DNA from: Takakia lepidozioides
Taxonomy: Eukaryota > Plantae > Bryophyta
Direction: 5' to 3'
Length of the DNA: 64,000 bases
Assembly (NCBI GenBank): GCA_030704615.1
Contig: CM060732.1
Location: forward strand, 11,780,001-11,844,000
Part shown: positions 50,288 through 61,800 of the stretch, in pieces
Numbering within the stretch: position 1 is the stretch's first letter
Layout: every line of letters starts with the position of its first letter
Notes under the pieces: generated by a model
Told to the model about the DNA's origin: nothing
What the model saw: only the letters and a program-made list of their open reading frames with translations
The model's database searches: none
Translations under genes and position numbers: made by a program

Positions 50288-50617
50288 GATAAAGAAGAAG
50301 AATACAAGCACGAGCTCATGCGAGCTCACAAAGCTGAAGCATAAACTCATGCATATATAACCTCATCACTCAAATACAAGTCAAGCCAAGTGCACCCCAC
50401 GCCATGGGGAATCCACACTACGGCGCCATAGCTAGGCGCGGTGAGGCTCAACTCGAGAAAGATGAGCCTCCCGCGCTTGCCGTGAAGATAACCACTCCAG
50501 GGCCTAAATCTGCTTGACCCCTGGATTGACACTTGGGCCAATCCCAAATGTCAATATGTAAAAGCTAGCTATTTCCTAGCTAGTTTCACAAAATAACTAG
50601 TGGTAAACAATTGACCA
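50287..50617 (-). repeat. 5' terminal repeat B1
   Basis: Matches 38683-39009; followed on the + strand by TSD CCCG and resumption of the interrupted sequence. Confidence 0.9.
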
Positions 50618-50949
50618 CCCGACAATATACCCCTCCAGAATAGGTATCCCCTGATACATTAGGGCGAGCAAATGAGCATGTTGTAGTGGTTGGGGTATTG
50701 CGTAGACTCTCTTGAGTATAGTAGACAAAGCTGCGCGAGAAAGTTCCCTGAGTATTTTTGGAGGAAGTAGGCTCTAAGATTTCTTTTGTAGATTTGACTG
50801 TTTAGGGATGATATATTTCAATGGCTCCTGAGCCATTTTCAGTAAAGTTTTATTCTAAAACATCTGTATAATCGGAAGATTTCCCCTGCATGTAGAAAGC
50901 CTCGTACATACGAAACTCCATGTCATGGAGGGTCTTATATATGAAGATG

Positions 50950-52100
50950 GATGCTAGTAAGAGAGATCAAGATTTGTTATTGGATAGCAAATGAATTTGT
51001 GGTGGTGTAACAGAAGACATTCCACACCACCAGATTTCGTCCCGGGATTGATTGGTGATATTTGTGCGCATTCATATGCCGCAAAGTCCTCAATTTTCAA
51101 AATGACCATACCGGCCAATTTTGAGCTGACCCAGAAGGGACAAAGGGGGCATGCCCTATGGGTACACCTCCTGATCACAAGCTGTCTTTTCATACATAAG
51201 TCGTGGAGTAATAACAGACGAAAAATACGCAGAAGCTATCGATTATTGAGCTGAATCTGAAGAGGGAAAACCCCGATGTTGGTTCTGTTCCTGTATGAGG
51301 ATGCGAGAACCCCAGGACGTTTGGATTCAAAGTGCAGGTGGGTCATCGAACAAGTCATTGATGAGTGATGCATGGACCGGGTTTTAGATTTCACCGACGA
51401 GGGCTCGTATTTACCGACGTAGTTAGGTTTGTCGAGGGCCCTCCTAGAGTATTTTTCTGGATCTTCATGCATGCCAATGGGGAACGACAATTGTAAGAAG
51501 CGAGCACTGGAGGAAGCATCGAATTGAAGAGGGAAACGCAAGTCGTCGACTGCCGGGAATGATGACAATAGGCCGGGACTTCGGAGGAAGACAGAAGAAA
51601 ACAGAAAGGAGGATCCGGATTCCCAGCCATTTATGACAAGATAAAAGAGACCCCAAAAGCTAGGGAGATTTTCGACAATGAAAAGTGCGAGAAGATGGAG
51701 GAGAGGCTCACGAAGGAAGGAATATAACGATTGTATTCCATTTGGTTCGAGAGAGTACCTTCCTTGTGAGGTTTCCATGATGGAACTGCCCAAGGAGCAT
51801 GGTTTTACAGGTGCTAAATTCAAGCATAAGGACGAAGTGGAAAGCGTTGATGACTATCCAGCTTCATTTGTTTGACTCCAAACGCGGTGTATCTTGCGCC
51901 AATCGAACCTTCAAAAATCCGGGAGAAGATTGCTTCATCGCGACCGAAGCACGAAGGAAATGGATGTATCTAGGTTTTTTGTCATTGGGAGGTTCAAAAC
52001 ACCATAGTGCCCGCAAAGGGAATGGACTTCATTGCCACCCAGCCCTCTCTTTTAAGGAAAACTCCCAGGGCAATGGAGGTTAGTGGTGTTCCTGCCGACC
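50950..52100 (+). pseudogene. Degraded ORF with ParB/sulfiredoxin-like motif; part of the element interrupted by the retroelement
   Basis: Reconstructed using the duplicate at 59480-60650: FPFGFESTFLVKV..MELAPRSMVYRLLNIKHKDEVKA...PVYLAPID...SRFFVIGGQHTIV.AK. Confidence 0.4.
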
Positions 52101-53469
52101 GATCTGTGTGATGGCATAGTCCCTTTCCCTCCTCTGGCTTTTATGTTTCGCAGCGGCGCTTTGGTGGGGAAGTATATCGCTCCCTCTCCCTTCTTAGACC
52201 TAGCATTCGCATGCTTCGCTTCTCCTTAGCTGTGCTGGAGGTGGCGCGTTGGTGGCGATGGCGCAATGTTACCTTCCCCAATCGCTCAAGGTGCTTTTGG
52301 CGATTAGGGTTCCTTTTACTTCATATCTTTCTCTCTTGTTTTTGGGGTTCTTAGTTGACATCGATAACAAGTGTAGGGGTCTGTGATTCACCTGGGGTTC
52401 CACAATCCTCACTAACCCATTGGTTTTTGTGGGGGCTTGTGATGGGACCAGGTGAGGATCCCTACCTACTTTGAATTCTCTTGAGCTTGCAGATAAGGAT
52501 GTGTGCAAAAGGAACATACTGCTGCTGCCTGCAGCCCCGATTTCGGCCCGCTTGCTCCCGGATTGACATGATAATGCTTGCTTTTGACTTATCTTTTGCT
52601 GCTGCTGATGGAGCACTTTGGCCTGGCAGCCTTGTCTCATGCAGCACTGCATGTGAATCCTACCTTGTCTTGAGTCTTTGACAGCTTTTCCCGTGGATTT
52701 TTAGACTTGGTTCCCCTTCTTTTTGGCCTTAAAAGAGGATTCGTGGTGTAAGGGACAAGTCATAAATGGTTGTTTTGCTATAAGGATGAGGAGACCTGAG
52801 TTTTGTTAAAGAAGACAGCCTGATAAGGCAGTGACAAGCCTTGATTTATTTTCCCTTAAAAAAATCTGTCGTTATTGGTAGTGTGTTGCGTGGCGGCTCA
52901 TGGGTCATGCATGCCCGCTCATGGGCTCATGGAAAACAATCCCCCCCCCAGGCCATGGAAGACCATGGGAGGCCATGCTAACCATCTATATAAATAATTA
53001 AGCCCCTATATAGGGGGCTGCCCAAAGGGGTAGTGACTAAAGTCAAAGGGCCCTAGGCGGCCATAGCCAAGAGGTCAACTCATTGGGTTGCCTAGGATCG
53101 CCACTTCAAGGCGCAGCTAACGCGGGAGGCGCGGCCCAAGTATCAGGCCGAAGCCATGGTGTCTCTAATATGCTCTACAGTGCATCTCTACATCTGCATG
53201 AATCAAGCATCATCTTGTCGTATCTCCTCCTCTGTGTAATCTCCATCCCTGTGCTCCAAGATCGTGCTCTCCGCCTGATCTCCTCCAGTGATGTCCAAGA
53301 AGTGATCTCCAAGAAGTTACCCTCTCCATGTTGTTACTCTGCCTATTCTACCTGCAAGCTGTTCTAACCGCCTAACTAACTAACTGTCATCCAAGACAGA
53401 ATGCACATTCCCCATGCAGATGTCGTTCCTACACAGTCATTCCCTGCCAATGATAACCGTTCCCTGTGA

Positions 53470-53645
53470 ACGTTGTGACGGGCTGTGATAGACTGTGATA
53501 GGCTGTGATAGACTGTGTCAGGCTGTGACAAGCTGTGACTGACTGTGATAGGCTGTGTAAGGCTGTGACAAGCTGTGTAAGGCTGTGACAAGTTGTGTCA
53601 GGCTGTGACAAGCTGTGTAAGCCTGTGACTGACTGTGTGAGCCTG
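53470..53645. repeat. Short 10-bp tandem array (GGCTGTGACA/AGCTGTGTAA)
   Basis: Direct reading; reverse-complement relative of the leader minisatellite. Confidence 0.8.
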
Positions 53646-55393
53646 CCTACCACCCCTAAGGCCTGCGTCTGTCACCCCTAAGGCCTCTGTTGGTCTGAGT
53701 CTACCATCCGTAAGTCTGTGCAAAATTAAGGGTACCCCACAAAACCCGTAAAACTGTCTAAGTCCCAGACAACCCTCTAATAGGGTCACCATGCATTTTG
53801 ACCTCCACCGGTGGCACCACAAACTTTGCCAAGTCCAGGTCTCTTGCCCCCCGGGATTTCTTCTTCTTTTTCCCACCCTCTCCCTTCTTTGCATCCTCCT
53901 TCCCCTGCTCCTTTGTTACCCCACTGCCCTCCCCCGCATGCCCATGAGCCCCTTCATCTCCACGGGACTTCTTCTTCTTCTTCTTCTTCTTCTCGTGCCC
54001 CTTCTCGACACTATCTCCTTCCCCTTCCCCGGTACTTCCTCTCTCTCATTCTCCCTCTCCCTTCTCTCTCTCTCGTCGGCAGCCCCTTCATTGATGGCAA
54101 AAGGGACCTCGGGAGCTCGAGCTCTCTTCTTCTTACCTTTGGTGTTTGGGTCCTTCACAAACACCACGTGCCCTCCCTCATTGGCAACCTCACTGGGGTG
54201 CACCAATGAGGCCAAGACGAATAACCCCCCCAAATTCAAAAAAAAAAACAAACAACAAAGACAAACATGCATGTAAAGCAAAGGGACAAAACATGCAATG
54301 GACAAGGTGCGACGGATGTACCTTTGCAACCTTGGCCGACTCGCCCCCGATGTCACCCGATATGGGAGGAGTCCCCACTACCGGAAGTCCCCGCACTCTC
54401 CCCTCCCGGAGCGACGGTGGAAGTAAATTCCACAACACCATAGCCCTCGGCAGTACCCCGTAGTCCAGACCCTTCTTTGCTGACCGCTCAGGCTCTCCGG
54501 GTGACGTCGCTGACCGGCTAGGCTCTCCACCAGCCCTAGCTCCTCCCTCCCCGCCCCCCCCCCCCCCCCCCCCAAACTCTTGGCTACGGTGAGGCCCCTC
54601 TCCAACTCAGCCATTGCATCGGCATTCCTCCTCAGCTCCTCCCTCAAGGGAGACAGTGGGATAGGAACGAACACTTCCGGAGGCCCTCGAACCTGACCTT
54701 GGGCCTTGGCAAGTGCAGCCTTTGCTGCGGAGGAAGGGGTCGCTACAGGGCTGAGATCCAAAAGCTGCCCATACCGGGTCACCGAATGGGTGATGCGCTT
54801 GCCAAGGTACATTTCAGCCGGCTTGGTGGGCGGGGGTATGCTGAACTGAGCCACGGGAACATTATCCGGCTAAGCAACAACCTCCCGAGTAGGAGAGCTG
54901 GCTGAGCCGGCCCCTGGCGCATCCAAGACGGGGAGAATGGGAGGGGGGGGGGGGGGACTGGCCTCAGCTTGCGGGCGAACCTGGGCGACACGGCAGTCAA
55001 TGGGCTGGTAACCCGTAAGGTGCCAGCCCGCATCACACGTCCCGGGATATGAAACGGGTTCACTGCGCCTTTCTTTGGGGCAAGGGACTTCTTCTCTTTC
55101 CCCATACTCTTGGCACCTGTCATGCAATGGAGACATTAGGCCTTCGTGGAAACAACCTCTAGATTCCAGATCAAAAAAAAAAAAACAAAGCATGTATGTC
55201 CCTCTCTCCCTCTCTCCCATCAGGATGTGGAGAGAGAGGGAGAGAGAGGGAATGCAGAGGGAAAAACAATAAAAATAAAATAAAAAATGGGGGGGGGGGG
55301 GGGGGGGGGCTAAGCAGCAGAAGCTGCTCAGTCACCCCCCACCTTCTTTCTTGTTTTTTTTTCCTCAGCACTCCCTCTCTCTCCCTCTCTCCC

Positions 55394-55893
55394 NNNNNNN
55401 NNNNNNNNNNNNNNNNNNNNNNNNNNNNNNNNNNNNNNNNNNNNNNNNNNNNNNNNNNNNNNNNNNNNNNNNNNNNNNNNNNNNNNNNNNNNNNNNNNNN
55501 NNNNNNNNNNNNNNNNNNNNNNNNNNNNNNNNNNNNNNNNNNNNNNNNNNNNNNNNNNNNNNNNNNNNNNNNNNNNNNNNNNNNNNNNNNNNNNNNNNNN
55601 NNNNNNNNNNNNNNNNNNNNNNNNNNNNNNNNNNNNNNNNNNNNNNNNNNNNNNNNNNNNNNNNNNNNNNNNNNNNNNNNNNNNNNNNNNNNNNNNNNNN
55701 NNNNNNNNNNNNNNNNNNNNNNNNNNNNNNNNNNNNNNNNNNNNNNNNNNNNNNNNNNNNNNNNNNNNNNNNNNNNNNNNNNNNNNNNNNNNNNNNNNNN
55801 NNNNNNNNNNNNNNNNNNNNNNNNNNNNNNNNNNNNNNNNNNNNNNNNNNNNNNNNNNNNNNNNNNNNNNNNNNNNNNNNNNNNNNNNNNNNN
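55394..55893. other. Assembly gap (500 N)
   Basis: Run of exactly 500 N. Confidence 1.
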
Positions 55894-58800
55894 CCTCACG
55901 GAGCTCAAATTCGGCTACCAGCCCCACATGCAGTCCTTAGGCAGTCAACCAGTGCCTCCAACGAGTCAGACAGGCCGTCCACAGGTCACACGGGCCACCA
56001 CAGCCAGCACAGGCCCACAAAGCTCAATGGTCAGGCCGTCACAGTCCCACAGCCAATGGGCACAGCCTGTCGCAGCCACTCACAGCCTGTAACAGCCTCA
56101 AAGGCCTCAGGCAAGGCCTGTCACAGCCACTCACAGCCCCTCACAGCCTCAAAGGCCTCAGCACCCTGTCACAGCCCCTCACAGCCCGTCACAGCCCCAA
56201 AGGCCATGGGCACGGGCCTGTCACAAGCCCGTCAAAGCCCGTCCACAGCCCGTCACAGCCCCAAAGGCCTCAGGCACGGCCTGTCACAGCCCCTCACAGC
56301 CCCAAAGGCCATGGGCACGGCCTGTGTCACCAGCCCATCACAGCCCGGCACAGCCCCAAAGGCCAGGGGCACGGCCTGTCACAGCCCCTCACAGCCCTCA
56401 CAGCCTCAAAGGGACCGGGCACAGCCTGTCACAGCCCATCACAGCCCATCACAGCCTGTCACACTTGCCACAGCCCATCACAGCCCGTAACAGCCCTCAA
56501 AGCAGAGGGCACGGCCTGTCACAGCCCATCACAGCCCCTCACAGCTCAAAGGCCTCAGGCACGGCCTGTCACAGCCCTCACAGCCCGTCACAGCACCAAA
56601 AGGCATGGGCACGGCCTGTCACAGCCCCTCACAGCCGTCACAGCCTCAAAGGCCTCAGGCAGGCCTGTCACAGCCCCCCCCTCACAGCCCCTCACAGCAA
56701 CAAAGCATGGGCACAGCCTGTAACAGATCGCCACAGGCCTGTCACAGCCCGTCACAGCCCAATTCGGCCTCAGGGCACAGCCTTGTCACAGCCCCGCACA
56801 GCCCGTCACAGCCCACAAAGGCCACTGGCACAGCCTGTCACAGCCCGTCACAGGCAACACAGGGCACAGGGCACAGCGGTACAGCCTGTCACAGCCCATC
56901 ACAGCCCATCACAGCCGCGGTCACAGCTTTGCCAACAGCCCCACAGGGCACAGGGCACAGCCTGTCACAGCCCGTCACAGCCCCGTCACAGCTCCCACAG
57001 CTGACACGGCCCGTCACAGCCCCACAGGGCACAGTGCACAGCCTGTCACAGCCCCTCACAGCCCCTCACAGCCCAAAGGCCTCAGGCACGGCCGTCACAG
57101 CCCCAAAGGCCACTGGGCACAGCCTGTCACAGTCTGACAACAAAACCCGTCACAGCCCCACAGGGCACAGGGCACAGCCTGTCACAGCCCATCACAGCAC
57201 AATCACAGCCTGTCACAAGGCTTGCCCCACAGCCTGTCACAGCCGTCACAGCCCCACAGGCCACTGGCATAGCCTGTCCACGCTTGCCACCGCCTGTCAC
57301 AGCACCCACACATGGCCGCTCTGGCAGTTTAGCCATTTCTCCAAGGGGTTTAGCCACGCCAAGCTAGGGTTTGTGTCTCTTAGACTCTAGGCTTCTTTCC
57401 ACCGAGCTATGGTGGCTGTGAGGAAATCAGCAAGGTATCCTTGCTCTTTCGGCTCCCACACACCACCATAGTAGCCCTAAGCCATGGTGGTTGCCACAAA
57501 CCAAGCCTTCTTTCTCACTTAGCCTCCCCAAACACGCCACTAAAATCAATGGCAAACAACCAAGCCATGCTGGTTCCCAGCCCTTGTGAGCACTCATTCA
57601 AGCACTCCCTCATTGGCCATAGCATCTGTCTTAGAGCCTATTCCAGCCCTCTACACCTGTTGCTTCAAGAGTTGCGCTCCCTTCAAGCTTGAGTTTGAAA
57701 CCCCAACTCACATAGGCCCTACAAGTGCTGTTCTTTCACTCCAAGTGGAAACCAGCCCTAAGCCTTCCGTTCTAGCTCTCTAAGGCTTGAAAACAAGAGC
57801 CTCAATGGCTGAAGGCATTGCTCACACATGCCCCACTCTCACCATAAGAGAATCAGCTCCTTTGCTTCATTTCTTGCACCCACAAACCTGATAATACAAG
57901 CTTCAGCAGGCTGAAAGCATGCTCTACATGCCCTACAGAGGAAACCGCCCCTTCCTTCCTTTCTTGCACTCCCACACCTAAAAGTGCAAGCCTTCACCAG
58001 GCTGATAGCATGCTCCACACATACATTGCCCTCACATAAGGGAAGTCAGCCCTTCCCTCTTCCTTGCTTGCCCTCCAAGCTTGAAGATGGAAGCTTCAAT
58101 GAGCTGAATACATGCTCCACACATGCAACCTCTTCACACAAGAGATATCAGCCCCCTATCTTGGCTCCTTGGCTCCTTGATGCTCTCTATGACAAGACTA
58201 AGCACTCCATAGCCTTTGCCAAGCTCCTGAAACCCTAAGGCTTACATTTCCAGCCACAAGACACTTCTCTTGTGGTGCAAGAAACTCTTCTTCCAGCTCT
58301 GAAACCCTAGGTGCACATTCCATGGCCTTGCCGCACCTCTTAGCTCCTGATCCAGCCCTGCTCTTGCCATGACAAGAGCCCTCTCAATGCTGAAGCTCGA
58401 GATTGAAACCCAATCTCACCATACTCCACAAAGTGCACTGATTTGCCCCAAGCAAAATCAGCCCTTTCGCTTGGTCTTGCAATCCTTCACACAATGAAAG
58501 CTCGCATTCCCAAGTCCAGTTCTCAGCTTTGCCACCAAAGCCACTATAACCTGCTCTTGACTGGTCCTCTTCCCAATCGTGCTTGCTCATGCATGTACAC
58601 AATCTGGAACCATCAAGGTGCTCTGGAATTACCTGCAGCATGGTGCTTTCATCTCTGAAGCTGAAGATCGAATGCCAAGGTCTACCCATCGTAACCCACA
58701 TCGCTCCGCTTCTAACAACTAAGAGCTCCACGGTGCTCCTTGCATAACAACTTGGTTTCTCTCATTCTCAAGCAAAAACACAATGCTACAACTAACTCGT

Positions 58801-61800
58801 ATCTAGCACTCATAGATACGAGCTCATCTTTCTCGAGTGATAAAGAAGAAGAATACAAGCACGAGCTCATGCGAGCTCACAAAGCTGAAGCATAAACTCA
58901 TGCATATATAACCTCATCACTCAAATACAAGTCAAGCCAAGTGCACCCCACGCCATGGGGAATCCACACTACGGCGCCATAGCTAGGCGCGGTGAGGCTC
59001 AACTCGAGAAAGATGAGCCTCCCGCGCTTGCCGTGAAGATAACCACTCCAGGGCCTAAATCTGCTTTGACCCCTGGATTGACACTTGGGCCAATCCCAAA
59101 TGTCAATATGTAAAAGCTAGCTATTTCCTAGCTAGTTTCACACTAGTGGTAAAATAACTTGACACCCGACATATACCCCTCCAGACTAGTATTCCCCTGA
59201 TACATTCAGGGCGATCAAAATGAGCATTTTGTAGTGGTTGGGTATGCCGTAGACTCGTCTTAGTATAGTAGAAAAAGTCTGCGCGAGAAGTCCCTGAGTA
59301 TTTTTTGGAGGAATTAGGCTCTAAGATTTCTTTTGTAGATTTGACTTGTTTCGGGATGATATATTCAATGGCTCCTGAGCCTCATTTTCAGTAAAGTTTT
59401 CTTCTACAACATCTGTATAATCGGGAAGATTTCCCCTTTCATGTAGAAAGCCTCGTACATACGAACCTCCACTGTCCAATGGAGGTTCTTATATATGGAA
59501 TGATGGATGCTAGTAAGAGAGATCAAGATTGTTATTGGATTATCAATGAATTTGTGTTTGGTTGTAACAGAAGACATCCTACACCACCAGATTGCGTCCC
59601 GGGATTGATTGGTGATATTTGTGGCGCATTCATATGCCGCAAGTCCTCAATTTCAAAAATGACCATACGCCAATTTTTGAGCTGAACCCAGAGGTGACAA
59701 ATTGGGGCATCGTCCCTATGGGTACACCTCCTGATCACAAGCTGTCTTTTCATTACATAAGTCGTGGAGTAATAACAGACGAAAAATACGCAGAAGCTCT
59801 CGATATTGAGCTTGAATCTGAAGAGGGAAAACCGATGTTGGTTCTGTTCCTGTATGAGGATGCGAGAACCCCCAGGACGTTTGGATTCAAAGTGCAGGTG
59901 GGTCATCTGAACAAGTCATTGATGAGTGAATGCATTGGACCGGGTTTTAGATTTCCCGACGAGGGCTCAGTATTTACCGACGTGGGTTTGTCGAGGGCCT
60001 AGAGTATTTTTCTGGATCTTCTGCATGCAATGGGGAACGACAATTGTAAGAAGCGAGCACTGGAGGAAGCATCGAAGCTGAAGAAGGGAAAACGCAAGTC
60101 GTCGACTGCCGGGAATGATGACAATGAGGCCGGGACTTCCGGAGGAAGAAGAAACAGAAGGAGGATCCGGATCCAGCATTTATGACAGATAACAAGAGAC
60201 CCAAAGCTAGGGAGATTTTCGACAATGAAAAGTGCGAGAAGATGGAGGAGAGGCTCACGAAGGAATATAACGATGTATTTCCATTTGGATTCGAGAGTAC
60301 CTTCCTTGTGAAGGTTTTCATGATGGAACTAGCTCCAAGGAGCATGGTTTACAGGCTGCTAAATATCAAGCATAAGGACGAAGTGAAAGCGTGACTCTTC
60401 CAGCTTCATTTGTTTGACTCCAAACATCCGGTGTATCTTGCGCCAATCGACCCTTCAAATCCGGAGAAGATTGCTTCATCGCGACCGAAGCAATGGAAGG
60501 AAATGGATGTATCTAGGTTCTTTTGTCATTGGAGGTCAACACACCATCGTGCCCGCAAAGGGAATGGACTTCATTGCCACCCAGCCCTCTCTTTTAAGGA
60601 ACCTCCACTGGGCAATGGAGGTGGTGTTCCTGACGACCGATGTACTCTGTGATGTGACCGCTGTGATGGCATCGTCCTTTCCCTCCTCTGGCTTTTATGT
60701 TTCGCAGCGGCGCTTTGGTGGGGAAGTAATCGCTCCCTCTCCCTTCTTAGACCTAGCATTCGCATGCTTCGCTTTCTCCTTAGCTGTGTGCTGGAGGTGG
60801 CGCGTTGGTGGCGATGGGCGCAATGTTACCTTCCCCAATCGCTCAAGGTGCTTTTGGCGATTAGGGTTCCTTTTACTTCATATCTTTCTCTCTTGTTTTT
60901 GGGGGTCTTAGTTGACATCGATAACAAGTGTAGGGGTCTGTGATTCACCTGGGGTTCCACAATCCTCACTAACCCATTGGTTTTTGTGGGGGCTTGTGAT
61001 GGGACCAGGTGAGGATCCCTACCTACTTTGAATTCTCTTTGAGCTTGCAGATAAGGATGTGTGGCAAAAGGAACATACTGCTGCTGCCTGCAGCCCCGAT
61101 TTCGGCCCGCTTGCTCCCGGATTGACATGATAATGCTTGCTTTTGACTTATCTTTTGCTGCTGCTGATGGAGCACTTTGGGCCTGGCAGCCTTGTCTCAT
61201 GCAGCACTGCATGTGAATCCTACCTTGTCTTGAGTCTTTGACAGCTTTTCCGTGGATTTTTAGACTTGGTTCCCCTTCTTTTTGGCCTTAAAAGAGGATT
61301 CGTGTGTAAGGGACAAGTCATAAATGGTTGTTTTGCTATAAGGATGAGGAGACCTGAGTTTTGTTAAAGAAGACAGCCTGATAGGCAGTGACAAGCCTTG
61401 ATTTATTTCCCTTAAAAAAATCTGTCGTTATTGGTAGTGTGTTGCGTGGCGGCTCAGGGTCATGCATGCCGCTCATGGGCTCATGGAAAACAATCCCCCC
61501 CAGGCCATGGAAGACCATGGGAGGCCATGCTAACCATCTATATAAATAATAAAGCCCCTATATAGGGGGCTGCCCAAAGGGGTAGTGACTAAAGTCAAAG
61601 GGCCCTAGGCGCCAATAGCCAAGAGGTCAACTCATTGGTTGCCTAGGATCGCCACTTCAAGGCGCAGCTAACGCGGGAGGCGCGGCCCAAGTATCAGGCG
61701 AAGCCATGGTGTCTCTAATATGCTCTACAGTGCATCTCTACATCTGCATGAATCAAGCATCATCTTGTCGTATCTCCTCCTCTGTGTAATCTCCATCCCT

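Larger units (their letters stand above)
38494..50617 (-). mobile_element. Full-length Ty3/gypsy-type retroelement with DNMT3-like methyltransferase, PHD-tipped integrase and split terminal repeats (B-internal-A-B-A)
   Basis: Domain order PR-(DNMT)-RT-RH-IN; ends TGTC...GACA; TSD CCCG at 38490-38493 and 50618-50621 (cleanest in the duplicate, 59165-59168); repeat pairs differ by only 1-2 nt. Confidence 0.93.

Noticed and set aside
38494-50617. DIRS/Ngaro/PAT tyrosine-recombinase element, suggested by the split repeats and a methyltransferase
   Set aside because: It encodes an aspartic protease and an HHCC-DDE integrase, has a TSD, shows no recognisable recombinase, and its MTase is C5-cytosine type rather than the adenine type seen in DIRS elements
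55171-56490. ORFs spanning poly-X
   Set aside because: Artefacts of the N gap
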